Positions 42,959-52,742 of a stretch of DNA of 64,000 nucleotides are shown one piece after another (the first letter of the stretch is position 1; every line of letters begins with the position of its first letter). The stretch is taken from the NCBI GenBank assembly GCA_965203515.1, contig OZ241907.1, forward strand, positions 800,001 through 864,000, given 5' to 3'. The stretch is from Spirochaetia bacterium (GTDB taxonomy: Bacteria; Spirochaetota; Spirochaetia; SZUA-6; Bin103). The translations under genes were made by a program, and so were the position numbers. Below the pieces are notes generated by a model that did no database searches, was not told where the DNA came from, and worked only from the letters and a program-made list of their open reading frames with translations.

Positions 42959-45523
42959 ATGGCACGTCGACTCACCTTCACCGTAAAGCCCCACCTTCCG
43001 GAGCGTCTGGCGCCCCTGGCCGAGCTGGCCCACGACTTCTGGATCACCTGGCACTTCGACGCCATTCGCCTGTTCATGCGGTTCGGCAATGAGGCGTGGC
43101 AGCAGGCGCAGCAGAGCCCCCTGCGGCTGCTCAGTCAGGTGCCGCAGGAGCGGCTCCTGGAGTTGGAGCGGGACAAGGCGTTCCTGGCGCACATGGACCG
43201 CGTCATCGCCGATTACCATGACTATCTGAACGCGGAGCCGTGGTACGGCGGTCCCCGCGACGCGATGGTCGCCTATTTCTCCCTGGAGTTCGGACTCGAC
43301 ACCACGCTGCCGATCTACTCCGGCGGTCTTGGCGTGCTGGCGGGCGACCACCTGAAGAGTTGCTCCGACCTGGGGCTGCCGGTCGTGGCCGTCGGACTGC
43401 TGTATCGCACCGGGTACTTCCGCCAGCGCGTCACCATGGACGGCCATCAGCTCGAAAGCTATCCGGCCAACGACTTCTACAACATGCCGCTCACCCGGTG
43501 CACGTCCGACGACGGCGCTCCCGTGACCGTCGCCGTGGAGCTGGGCGCGGAGACGGCGCACGCGTGCATATGGCGCACGCGCGTCGGGCGGGTGACGCTC
43601 TATCTGCTCGACACCGACATCGACGCCAACGATCCGTCGATGCGCCACGTCGCCGGTCAACTGTACGCTTCCGATCGCCGCATGCGCCTCCGGCAGGAGC
43701 TGCTGCTGGGCATCGGCGGCATACGGGCGTTGCGGGCGCTGGACGTCCCGGTGGCGGTCACCCACATGAACGAGGGCCATTCGGCGTTCCTGGCCCTGGA
43801 GCGGGTGCGCGCCCTGATGCACGATCATGGTCTGAGCTACGCGGCGGCGCGGCAGGCGGTGTGGAGCACGACCGTGTTCACGACCCACACGCCGGTTCCG
43901 GCCGGAAACGAGACCTTCGACGACCATCTGGTGCTCGATCAGGCGGGCGCGCTGCGCTCGGCGCTCGGGCTCGACGAGCATGCGTTTCTGGCGTTGGGCC
44001 GGATCGGGGACGGCAGCGACGCGTACGGGCAGTTCGGGCTCACGCCGCTGGCGCTGCGTCTGGCCGCGCACTGCAACGGCGTCAGCCGGCTGCACGGCCG
44101 CGTCTCGCGGCGCATGTGGCGCGGCCTGTGGCCGGGCGTGCCGGCCGACGAGGTGCCGATTCGGCACATCACCAACGGCGTGCATCTGCGGAGCTGGATC
44201 TCCCATGACATCCAGGAGTTGTTGGTGCGCTACCTGGGGCCGGCGGTGGCCAAGCACGCGCCGGAGGTGTCGGTGTGGCGGCAGGTCGACAATATCGCCG
44301 ACGAGGAACTGTGGCGGACCCACGAACGGCGCCGGGAACGGATGATCTGGTTCGCCCGCCGGCGCATCGTGTCGCAGATGCGGCGCGAGGGGGCGGCGGA
44401 GGCCGATGTTCGGGCCGCCGAGGTGGCATTGCGTCCGGATGCCCTCACCATCGGCTTCGCGCGCCGCTTCGCCGGCTACAAGCGCTCCAGTCTGCTGTTC
44501 CGGCGGCCGGAGCGTCTGGTGCGCATGTTGCAGAGCCGCGAGCAGCCGGTACAGATCATCTTCTCCGGCAAGTCCCACCCCAACGACCAGCACGGCAAGG
44601 ACCTGATCCGGAGCATCGTGCAGTTCGCGACCGAGCACGACCTGCGGAGCCGGCTGGTGTTCCTGGACGACTACGACATCGGGGTGGCGCGCTATCTGGT
44701 CGCCGGCTGCGACGTGTGGCTCAACCTTCCACGCCGCCCGCAGGAGGCGAGCGGTACCAGCGGCATGAAGGCGTCGGTCAACGGATCGCTGATGGTATCG
44801 ACCCTGGACGGCTGGTGGGACGAGGCGTACAGCCCGGACCTCGGCTGGTCGGTGGGGTCGGGCGAGACCTATCGCGACGAGGAGATCCAGGACGAGCTGG
44901 AGGCCGACGCGGTCTTCACCGAGCTGGAGCAGATGGTCGTTCCGATGTTCTACGACCGCGGCATCGACGGCCTGCCGCGGGCGTGGATCGCCAAGATGCG
45001 GCACTCGATGACGGTGATAGGCGAGCACTTCAGCGCCCAGCGTATGGTCGCCGAGTATCACGACGCCTTCTACGAGCCGGCCCTGGCGCACGCGCGCCGG
45101 CTGCGCGACAGCGGCTACCGGGACGCCGCCGATCTGGCCCACCATCTGCAACGGCTGGAACATCACTGGCCGGGGATCGCCGTCGAGCAGCTCGACAGCG
45201 TCAATCCGCCGACCCTGGAGGTCGGCGACCGGCTCGAGGTCACCGCGCGGGTGCGGCTTGGCGAACTCGACCCGTCCGACGTCCGGGTCGCGCTCTATCA
45301 CGGCACGCTGGCCGGGAGCCTCGATCCGCAACCGGGCGACGACGAGATCGTCGACGGGCAGAGCACGCCGATGGAGCTGGTCGAACGCCACGGGGAGTCG
45401 GCGACCTACCGGGCAGAGACCGTGTGCCGCCAGACGGGGCGGGTAGGGGTGACGGTACGGGTCATGCCCGACCACCCCGGCCTGCCCCATCTCTTCGTGC
45501 CGGGCCTGTTCCTGCAGGGATAG
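42959..45523 (+). CDS. glgP: alpha-glucan (glycogen) phosphorylase
   Basis: YFSLEFGL, YSGGLGVLAGDHLK, HMNEGH, FARRFAGYKR, PLP-lysine motif EASGTSGMK. Confidence 0.95.
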   Translation: MARRLTFTVKPHLPERLAPLAELAHDFWITWHFDAIRLFMRFGNEAWQQAQQSPLRLLSQVPQERLLELERDKAFLAHMDRVIADYHDYLNAEPWYGGPRDAMVAYFSLEFGLDTTLPIYSGGLGVLAGDHLKSCSDLGLPVVAVGLLYRTGYFRQRVTMDGHQLESYPANDFYNMPLTRCTSDDGAPVTVAVELGAETAHACIWRTRVGRVTLYLLDTDIDANDPSMRHVAGQLYASDRRMRLRQELLLGIGGIRALRALDVPVAVTHMNEGHSAFLALERVRALMHDHGLSYAAARQAVWSTTVFTTHTPVPAGNETFDDHLVLDQAGALRSALGLDEHAFLALGRIGDGSDAYGQFGLTPLALRLAAHCNGVSRLHGRVSRRMWRGLWPGVPADEVPIRHITNGVHLRSWISHDIQELLVRYLGPAVAKHAPEVSVWRQVDNIADEELWRTHERRRERMIWFARRRIVSQMRREGAAEADVRAAEVALRPDALTIGFARRFAGYKRSSLLFRRPERLVRMLQSREQPVQIIFSGKSHPNDQHGKDLIRSIVQFATEHDLRSRLVFLDDYDIGVARYLVAGCDVWLNLPRRPQEASGTSGMKASVNGSLMVSTLDGWWDEAYSPDLGWSVGSGETYRDEEIQDELEADAVFTELEQMVVPMFYDRGIDGLPRAWIAKMRHSMTVIGEHFSAQRMVAEYHDAFYEPALAHARRLRDSGYRDAADLAHHLQRLEHHWPGIAVEQLDSVNPPTLEVGDRLEVTARVRLGELDPSDVRVALYHGTLAGSLDPQPGDDEIVDGQSTPMELVERHGESATYRAETVCRQTGRVGVTVRVMPDHPGLPHLFVPGLFLQG

Positions 45524-45556
45524 GGATCGCGGCCGGACGAGCGGCCGCGCTGCGGA

Positions 45557-46063
45557 CTACTGCTGCTGTTGCTGTACGAAGCGGCGGTAGACCTCTTCCT
45601 CCGAGAGCGCGTCGGAGTGGAACCAGGCTTCCTCGATCGCGGCGTGCAGCTCGTCGAGGGTTCCCAGGACGCTCCGCATCAGCGCTGCCACGTCGGCCGG
45701 CGGCGACGCCGGATCGTGCCGGTTCAGCGTTTCGACGGCGGCGCCGACGATGCGGATCACCTCGACCGGCGCCACGTGGGTAGCGTTGTAGCGGGCCGCT
45801 TCCAGGCAGCCGCGCAGGGACGCGCCGCTGTCGCGGGTCAGCAGCGCCTCCAGCGCCGAGTCGTCCGCTGCTACCGAGATGCCGCGGATGTCGGCCGCGA
45901 TGCCGAGCACGTCCTCATCGGCCGCCTCGTGCTCGGCCGCCCACAGCAGCACGCGGGTGACGTTTTGCGCGCGTTCGATCCAGCGTCCCAGCCAGATCAG
46001 GTTGTAGACCCGGGAGTCGGTCAGCCAGCGGTCGGTTCCCGGTGAGATCGTCCTGGCATCCAT
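45557..46063 (-). CDS. alpha-E domain protein (DUF403-like, short form)
   Basis: NLIWLGRWIERAQNVTR, SLRGCLEAARYNA; operon context. Confidence 0.8.
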   Translation of the reverse strand: MDARTISPGTDRWLTDSRVYNLIWLGRWIERAQNVTRVLLWAAEHEAADEDVLGIAADIRGISVAADDSALEALLTRDSGASLRGCLEAARYNATHVAPVEVIRIVGAAVETLNRHDPASPPADVAALMRSVLGTLDELHAAIEEAWFHSDALSEEEVYRRFVQQQQQ

Positions 46064-46105
46064 GGCGTGGTTCCTTTCCTTTCGTCGTCGAAGCGTCGGC
46101 GGCTC

Positions 46106-47026
46106 TCAGGGCGTACGGTCGCGCTTGGGCGGGCGGTCGCCGTTCCTGACCACGTACGCGGTCTGCAGCAACTCGAGCGCATCATCGAGCACCGCCGCGG
46201 CATCGGTAAACCGCACCGAGGAGATCGCCGCGCACTCGGTCGCGGCGCCTTTGGACAGGAACGACCCGGAGATCGGCGAGACGTCCGAGTAGTCGCGGCC
46301 CACGGCCAGTTTTACGTAATCGCGCGCGGGAGGGAAGAGCACGCCGCGCGTGGGATCGGCCGCCAGCCAGCCCGCACGGGGGTGGAGCACCTCCAGCCAG
46401 GCGTGCGTCTCTCCCACCTGATCGGTGAGCAGCCCGCTGACGTAGCGGCTGGGGATCCCCAGCGCACGCAGTATGCCCAGGGCCAGGTGGGTCTTGTCCT
46501 GGCACACTCCCGCACGGGTCTCGAGCACCTGCGCCGCGGTGGTGGCGACGCCGGTGGCGCCGCGACGGTACGCGATCTTGCGGTAGACCCAGTCGACGGT
46601 CGCGCGCACCGCCTCCGCAAGCGAGCGGGCGCCGCCGGCGATCCGCTGCGCCGCGTCCGCCACGCCGTCCGGATCGACCAACGGCGACCGGAACACGAAG
46701 TCGATGCCGTCCGGCAGATCGGTCACCTCGGCGACGGCCGCGTCGTCCGGCGCCGGCGCCTCGGCGCTCAGACGTACGCGGCCCGCCGTGGCGACCATCA
46801 GTCGGTCGTGCCGGACGACGATGCGGACGCGCCGCACGCGGTTGCCGAAGCGATCGCGGTACTCCACGGAGCTGCCCGGCGGCCGCGTCCAGAGCTGCAG
46901 GTCGACCGGCTCCTGATCGGGTCCGGCGGCCGGAAAGATGCGGAGCTGGTTGTCGTTATGCAGGACGCGGTCGGAGTAGCCGTAGTGGGCGGCATAGAGA
47001 TACGACGCCGTCAGTCTACCACCCAC
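46106..47026 (-). CDS. transglutaminase-like family protein (start uncertain, 47014-47026)
   Basis: DRFGNRV, GVCQDKTH, HAWLEV, DPTR, VGRDYSDVSP; Cys-His-Asp triad. Confidence 0.9.
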   Translation of the reverse strand: MGGRLTASYLYAAHYGYSDRVLHNDNQLRIFPAAGPDQEPVDLQLWTRPPGSSVEYRDRFGNRVRRVRIVVRHDRLMVATAGRVRLSAEAPAPDDAAVAEVTDLPDGIDFVFRSPLVDPDGVADAAQRIAGGARSLAEAVRATVDWVYRKIAYRRGATGVATTAAQVLETRAGVCQDKTHLALGILRALGIPSRYVSGLLTDQVGETHAWLEVLHPRAGWLAADPTRGVLFPPARDYVKLAVGRDYSDVSPISGSFLSKGAATECAAISSVRFTDAAAVLDDALELLQTAYVVRNGDRPPKRDRTP

Positions 47027-48417
47027 GTCGGTTTGCACAGTCCGCCCGAGGAGTTGTTGGTGATGCGCCCGCCTTCCAGGGCCACGCGGGTCAGCCCGCC
47101 GGGGAATACGGTCACCTTCCCGTCGGCGGCCTGCACGGCGAATACCCGCAGGTCGACGTGTCGCGGCTCCAGCATGCCGGTCCGTCGATTCAAGACCACG
47201 TGCTGTGAAAAGTCCAGCGTCTCCTGGGCGATGAACAGCTCCGGGTTCTCCAGGATGTTGTGCGCCACGCGCGTCTTGTACGCGGGCCCCAGGTCGGGCA
47301 TGACGAAGACGCCGATGCCGCCGTATCCCTGGCGCGCCTTGATCACCATCCGTTCCAGGTTTTCCAGGACGTAGCGCCGGTCGCCGGCATCCTGCAGGTT
47401 GTAGCTCGGCGCCTGTTCCAGCAGCGGCGACTCGCCGAGGTAGCGCTCGATCATCCGCGGCACCCACAGGAAGACGAGCTTGTCGTCCGCCACGCCGGTG
47501 CCGATGCCGTTGACCAGCACCACTCGGCGGTCCAGGTACGCCTCGCGCAGTCCGGGGACGAACATCTCCAGGTCCTCGACCCGCCGGTACACCAGGTCCA
47601 CGGCGAAGTCGCCGTCCAGCGTGCGCGCGTAGACGCGCCCGTCGTGGCCCACGTAGAGGTCGGCCCCCTCCACCAGCGGGATGCCGAGCAGGTCGGAAAG
47701 GTAGCGGTGCTCGAAGAAGGCCGAACCGTATCGCCCGTCGGTGAGCAGCACGCATACCGGGGAAGGGGAGTCGCAGAGCGACCGGAACATCTCCAGATAG
47801 GCGGAGCGGATGGCGTAGGGCGCAATGTCGTATCCGCCCGCAAGCTCCGGCACCACCCGCGCGGCCAGCTCCACGGTCTTGAGCTGGTAGCTGATGCCGG
47901 ACGGGATGCGCAGATTGTCTTCCAGCACCGCGTACCGCCCGTCGCCCAGGTGGACCAGATCGATGCCGTAGATGTGGACGAACAGGTCGCGGGCCGGCCG
48001 GAAGCCCTGCACGTCGGGGTAGAAGTGCTGCGACGTGTAGACCACCTCCTCCGGGACGATGTCCTGGCCGCGGTCGTACAGGTCTACCAGGAACCGGTTG
48101 ATCGCCTTGAGCCGCTGCGCCACGCCGGCGGAGATCGCCTGCCAGTGATCGCGCGGCACGACGCGCGGAATCCAGTCCGCCGGCGTGGGCCGGAACCGCT
48201 TGGGGTCGAGGTAGAACGTGAACGCGTCCAGTCCGACCTGGCGAGCTCCATCCTCCCAGCGCCGGCTCAGCTCGTCGTAGCCGAGTGTTGCGGCGGTCTG
48301 CGCCATGGGGGCGTAGTGATCGCGGATGCGTCCGTCGGCATCCTGCCACTCGTTGAAGATCACGGGCGCCGCGCCGGCGCCGGCACGTGAGATGCGATCG
48401 GTCTTCTCTTCGAACAT
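47011..48417 (-). CDS. circularly permuted type 2 ATP-grasp protein
   Basis: DWIPR, GVAQR..AIN.F, GIDLV, VLEDNLRIPSGISY, GTGVADDK, RHVDLRVF, GGLTRVAL, NNSSGG..K.TWV. Confidence 0.93.
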   Translation of the reverse strand: MFEEKTDRISRAGAGAAPVIFNEWQDADGRIRDHYAPMAQTAATLGYDELSRRWEDGARQVGLDAFTFYLDPKRFRPTPADWIPRVVPRDHWQAISAGVAQRLKAINRFLVDLYDRGQDIVPEEVVYTSQHFYPDVQGFRPARDLFVHIYGIDLVHLGDGRYAVLEDNLRIPSGISYQLKTVELAARVVPELAGGYDIAPYAIRSAYLEMFRSLCDSPSPVCVLLTDGRYGSAFFEHRYLSDLLGIPLVEGADLYVGHDGRVYARTLDGDFAVDLVYRRVEDLEMFVPGLREAYLDRRVVLVNGIGTGVADDKLVFLWVPRMIERYLGESPLLEQAPSYNLQDAGDRRYVLENLERMVIKARQGYGGIGVFVMPDLGPAYKTRVAHNILENPELFIAQETLDFSQHVVLNRRTGMLEPRHVDLRVFAVQAADGKVTVFPGGLTRVALEGGRITNNSSGGLCKPTWVVD

Positions 48418-48496
48418 CCGCAGGTGACCAGCGTGTGCGCTGACTATACCATGACCGCGGACCATGATCGCAGACCATGATCGGAGGCCGACGACC

Positions 48497-49357
48497 ATGA
48501 TCGTCGATACCCACGTCCACGTGTGGGAGATGCCGCCGGCCGCGCCGATCGGGCCGACCGCGCCGGCGTTCGACGCCCTGCCCGAGGAAGCGGCGCCGGT
48601 CGAGCCGCTGATCGAGGAGATGGACGCCCACGGGGTCGACGCCGCGGTGTTGGTGCAGACCAGTTGGTCGACCTGGGACAACACCTACGTGGCCGCGGCC
48701 GCGATGCGGTATCCCCGGCGCCTCCGCTCGATCGGACTGATCGACCCGCTCGATCCGGATGCGCGCCGCGTGGTCGAGCGGGTGCACCGCTGGATCGACG
48801 TCTTCTCGATGCGGGGCTTCCGCTTCCATCCGGACTACTATCCGCACGTCGAGATACTCACCGCGCCGCCCGCCGCGCGGCTGCTGGCGGAGATCGAGCG
48901 CCGGGAGGCGGTCGTCAAGGTCCACAACCACGTGCCGAACGCGCATCAACTCGCGGCCGCCGCGCGCCGCTATCCGGGCATCACGTGGATCATCGACCAC
49001 CTGATGTATCCGCAGCCGCAGATGGCCGCGGACGGCTGGCGCGGCTACGAGCCGGTCCTGCGCCTGGCGGAATATGACAACGTCTACGTGACGATCTCCG
49101 ACGTCCACGGCCGCTCGGCCGAGGCGTTTCCGTATCGCGACCTGCACGGAGCGATCGAGCGGGCGATCGATGCGTTCGGCGTCGAGCGGTGCCTGTGGGG
49201 CACCGGCTTTCCCGGCCGTCATCGCCGCGCGCACGGCTGGCCGCCGCTGGCCGGCGAGCTGCGCCTGGTGCGGGAGGGCTTCGATTGGCTGACCGACGCG
49301 GAACGGGCGGCGATACTTGGCGAGAACGCCCGGCGGTTGTTCGACTACCGACCTTGA
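48497..49357 (+). CDS. amidohydrolase_2 family protein
   Basis: MIVDTHVHVW, IIDHL, FGVERCLWGTGFP. Confidence 0.88.
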   Translation: MIVDTHVHVWEMPPAAPIGPTAPAFDALPEEAAPVEPLIEEMDAHGVDAAVLVQTSWSTWDNTYVAAAAMRYPRRLRSIGLIDPLDPDARRVVERVHRWIDVFSMRGFRFHPDYYPHVEILTAPPAARLLAEIERREAVVKVHNHVPNAHQLAAAARRYPGITWIIDHLMYPQPQMAADGWRGYEPVLRLAEYDNVYVTISDVHGRSAEAFPYRDLHGAIERAIDAFGVERCLWGTGFPGRHRRAHGWPPLAGELRLVREGFDWLTDAERAAILGENARRLFDYRP

Positions 49358-49379
49358 CCCTAGGCGCCGAACGGTGCCA

Positions 49380-50333
49380 ATGTCCGGCCGCCGTATGCGG
49401 CGCATGATCATCGACTGCGACCCCGGCCACGACGATGCGATCGCGCTGGTGTTGGCGCACCGGCACGCGCAGGTGGCCGGCATCACCACTGCCGGCGGCA
49501 ACGTCCCGCTGCCGGCGACGACCGCCAATGCGTTGCTGGTCACGGCGGTGCTCGGCGTAGATACGCCGGTCTACGCGGGCGCGGCGCGGCCGCTGGCGGG
49601 TGAACCGCGGCACGCGCCGCACGTGCACGGCGAATCGGGCCTGGGCGACGTGACGCGCGTGGCGCACGACAAGGCGGCGGCCGGCGACGACGCGGTGGAG
49701 TTCCTGCTGGACGCCGCCGCGCCGGACGTGTCGGTGGTGGCGCTGGGGCCGCTGACCAACGTGGCGCTGGCGATCGACCGCGACCCCGGTTGGGTGCAGC
49801 GGATCGCAGGTATTTCGCTCATGGGAGGGAGCACGGACGTCGGCAACGTGACGCCGGCCGCCGAGTTCAACGTGTACGCCGATCCCGAAGCGGCCGACCG
49901 GGTGTTTCGCTCGGGCGCGCGGATCACCATGTGCGGGCTCAACCTCACCCATCAGGTCATGACGACCGGCTCGACGGCGGCGCTGCTGCGCGCGGCGGGA
50001 ACGCCGGTCGCCAGCTTTGCCGGGGAGATATTCGACGATCTGCACGGACGGCTCGAACGCCTCACCGGGTTCCGGGAGGCGGCGCTGCACGATCCGTGCG
50101 CCGTGCTGGCGGTGACCCATCCCGAACTGATCGAAACCTCGCCGCGCGCCGTGAGCGTCGAGCTCGACGGAACGCTGACGCGGGGCATGACCGTGGTCGA
50201 CCGGCGCCGCGGCCTGCGCGGCGATCCCGCCAACGCGAACGTGGCATGCCGGATCGATGCGGAGCGCGCGTTGCAGGTGGTGATGGAGTCGCTCGGCGTC
50301 GAGCCGAATCGAGCCGGTAGCATGGCGCCATGA
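49380..50333 (+). CDS. inosine/uridine-preferring nucleoside hydrolase
   Basis: DCDPGHDDAIAL, HGESGL, GPLTNVA, AEFNVYADPEAA, LHDP. Confidence 0.93.
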   Translation: MSGRRMRRMIIDCDPGHDDAIALVLAHRHAQVAGITTAGGNVPLPATTANALLVTAVLGVDTPVYAGAARPLAGEPRHAPHVHGESGLGDVTRVAHDKAAAGDDAVEFLLDAAAPDVSVVALGPLTNVALAIDRDPGWVQRIAGISLMGGSTDVGNVTPAAEFNVYADPEAADRVFRSGARITMCGLNLTHQVMTTGSTAALLRAAGTPVASFAGEIFDDLHGRLERLTGFREAALHDPCAVLAVTHPELIETSPRAVSVELDGTLTRGMTVVDRRRGLRGDPANANVACRIDAERALQVVMESLGVEPNRAGSMAP

Positions 50334-51283
50334 ACCGACCCGTTCCTGCCCGCGGGGCGCTCCGTCCCGCCCTTGCGGTCCTTGCCGCGTTGCTGCTGCT
50401 GGCCTCGGCGGCTGCGCCCGCCGTCGCGCAGACGCCGTGCGACGCCTCCGGGGAGCCGCTGGACGCGATCCAGACCCGCCACCAGCTCAAGCGTTTCGTC
50501 CGGTGCGCGCTCGCCCACGTCGACGCGGCGGGATGGGAGCAGGCGGTGGAGGACTTCCAGACCGACCGAGCCTGGATGGACGGCTCCATGTACCTGTTCG
50601 CCGGGGATATCAGCGGCACCGCCGTCCGCTTCGTCGCCGGCTCGGACGTCGCGCCGGGCACGGATCTCTCCGGCCAGCGGGACTCCAACGGTCACCACTA
50701 CGTCCGGGACATCGCCCGCGTGGCGCGCGACTACGGGTCGGGCTACGTCTACTACGGCAACCGCAACCGCAACTCCGGCGTCGAGGAACCCAAAGTCTCC
50801 TACGTCACGGCGATCGCGGTCGACGGCGAGCGGCTCTACTTCGGCGCCGGCGCCTATCCGCTGGACGCCCCGGGCGCGTGCCCGGCGGACCGCGTGCGGG
50901 CGGCGCTGGTCGCCGCGGAGGAGGACGTGGAACGGTTCGTGACCTGCGCGGCCGAGCACCTGCGGCGGCAGGGGTTGGCCGCGCTGGCCGAGTTCGAGAC
51001 GGAGCCGCGCTGGCGCTCCGGTCCCACCTACCTGTTCCTGCTCGACCTGGAGACGCTGGTGACGATCTCCAACGCCGGGGACCCGGGATTGCGCGGGAAG
51101 TACCGGGGCGACACCGTGCACGTGCGGGAGATGCAGCGCATCCTGCGGGACTACGGCGAAGGGTACGTCTACTACCAGCGGCGCAACCCGGCCTCGGGCG
51201 CCATCGAGCCCAAGGCGTCCTTCGTCCGCCGCGTGTCGATCGACGGCCGCGCTTATATCCTGGGCGCCGGCCTCTACGGCTGA
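50330..51283 (+). CDS. secreted tandem Cache-domain protein
   Basis: Signal peptide; two repeats of YLF...G.GYVYY..RN..SG..EPK.S(Y/F)V...G.G.Y; ATGA overlap with the upstream gene. Confidence 0.85.
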   Translation: MNRPVPARGALRPALAVLAALLLLASAAAPAVAQTPCDASGEPLDAIQTRHQLKRFVRCALAHVDAAGWEQAVEDFQTDRAWMDGSMYLFAGDISGTAVRFVAGSDVAPGTDLSGQRDSNGHHYVRDIARVARDYGSGYVYYGNRNRNSGVEEPKVSYVTAIAVDGERLYFGAGAYPLDAPGACPADRVRAALVAAEEDVERFVTCAAEHLRRQGLAALAEFETEPRWRSGPTYLFLLDLETLVTISNAGDPGLRGKYRGDTVHVREMQRILRDYGEGYVYYQRRNPASGAIEPKASFVRRVSIDGRAYILGAGLYG

Positions 51284-51331
51284 GCGATCTCCGGATAGCC
51301 TAATATAGCAGTCTCGCATGATCAGATTGAA

Positions 51332-51847
51332 TCAGAAGTCCATCCGCAATCCCAGGATGACGCTATGTGCCCATCTCGAGTTCTGAAAATCGGTATGGAT
51401 GGATGGCGTATAGACCACCGTTGCCGATATTCCATCCCATAGCCTTCTCTCCAAGCCGACCTTGCCATGGAATACCGCCTTCCATACGTCAGTGCTTGCA
51501 CTCCTAATCTCTATACCTGGTCCGGCTCCGATTCCAACGAAACCCTTGAATCCGCCAACCCAAGGTAGGTCGCTGTAAACGGTAGCCGTCAGATGTACTG
51601 TGGCTACGGACGCAATCAACACCGCTGTGGATGATGCCGACACCGCTACACTCGCTCGTATTCCTCCGAACTCACCGGTCAAGGTCCCTGCCTCTACGGT
51701 GGCGAGTATCGTTGTCGTTCCAGACACTGATCCGAAGGCAGCGCTGGCTTCCACGTAGGCCGTCTTCGGTTCCTCTTGCGCACTGACAACTCCGCACACT
51801 GCCAATCCGAACACGGCCGCCATAGCCGCTGCTATCATTCTCTTCAC
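51332..51847 (-). CDS. putative small outer-membrane beta-barrel protein
   Basis: Strong SD AAGGAGG; signal peptide VSA-Q; amphipathic strands; C-terminal LGLRMDF; lower GC. Confidence 0.65.
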   Translation of the reverse strand: MKRMIAAAMAAVFGLAVCGVVSAQEEPKTAYVEASAAFGSVSGTTTILATVEAGTLTGEFGGIRASVAVSASSTAVLIASVATVHLTATVYSDLPWVGGFKGFVGIGAGPGIEIRSASTDVWKAVFHGKVGLERRLWDGISATVVYTPSIHTDFQNSRWAHSVILGLRMDF

Positions 51848-51929
51848 TTCTTCTCCTCCTTGGCCTATCTTATCATATCAAGCGCCGGCGGCCAACCCTG
51901 TCACGACGGCCGGCGCGGGCGGCCGTCGC

Positions 51930-52710
51930 TCATCGGCCTTCCGCCAGCCGCTCGGCGAGCGCTTCGGGCAGGCCGAGGGCGAGTATCTTCCGTTGCGCTT
52001 CGGCCACCGGATACGCCACGCGGTATTGCGTGTAGCGGTTCCGTTCGGCGTCCATCACGCCGAACGCGGCGTCCGGGTTGCCGTCGCGCGGCTGACCGAC
52101 CGAACCGGGATTGATCAGATAGCGGCTCGCGTCGTCGAGTGTCAAGGAAGCGCCGTGCTCCAGTCGGTCGACCTGGACCGGCGTCTTCACCGCGCGCTCC
52201 GGCTGTTCCGGCCGCTTCTGTCGAATGACCATCGACCAGTGGGTGTGTCCGTAGAAGCCGACGCGGAAACCGGGATACCGATCGTCCAGCACCTGGAACG
52301 ACACCCGCGCGTCGTAGTCGTCGATCAGGTAGAGGTCTTCGTTGTCGGGCGAGCCGTGGCACAGTACGATGCCCGGCGCGGCCTGCACCGGCCCCTGCGG
52401 GAGCGCGCGCAGCCGTTCCAGATCGGCGCTCGACAGCATCTGCCGGTGACGGCGCGCCGCCGCCTGCGCTACGTCGTTGAAGTCGCGATCGCTGGAGATG
52501 CCTGCCACCACCTTGTCGTGGTTACCGCGGATGCAGCAGTTAGCGATCTGCAGGCTGCGCTGCAGACACGCCGCGGGGTCGGCGTTGTAGCCGACCAGAT
52601 CGCCCAGGATCAGACAGGCGTCGACGTCGCTCGGTCGTGCGTCCAGTGCCGCTTCGACTGCCTGCAACGCTTCCAGGTGCGTGGATGTCGGAAAGGACGG
52701 CGTATGTCAT
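51930..52710 (-). CDS. metallophosphoesterase (calcineurin-like), frameshift near 52677
   Basis: MTYAVLSDIH, then a 2-nt loss before LEALQAV; LGDLVGY, RGNHD, CHGSP, GHTH, NPGSVGQPRDG. Confidence 0.88.
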
Positions 52711-52742
52711 GCGGTCGGGCCGCCGGCCACTACCGGCCGGCC

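Noticed and set aside
46106..49543. The 1145-aa ORF as one giant transglutaminase
   Set aside because: Only the last ~305 aa carry family motifs; the rest shadows the ATP-grasp and amidohydrolase genes.
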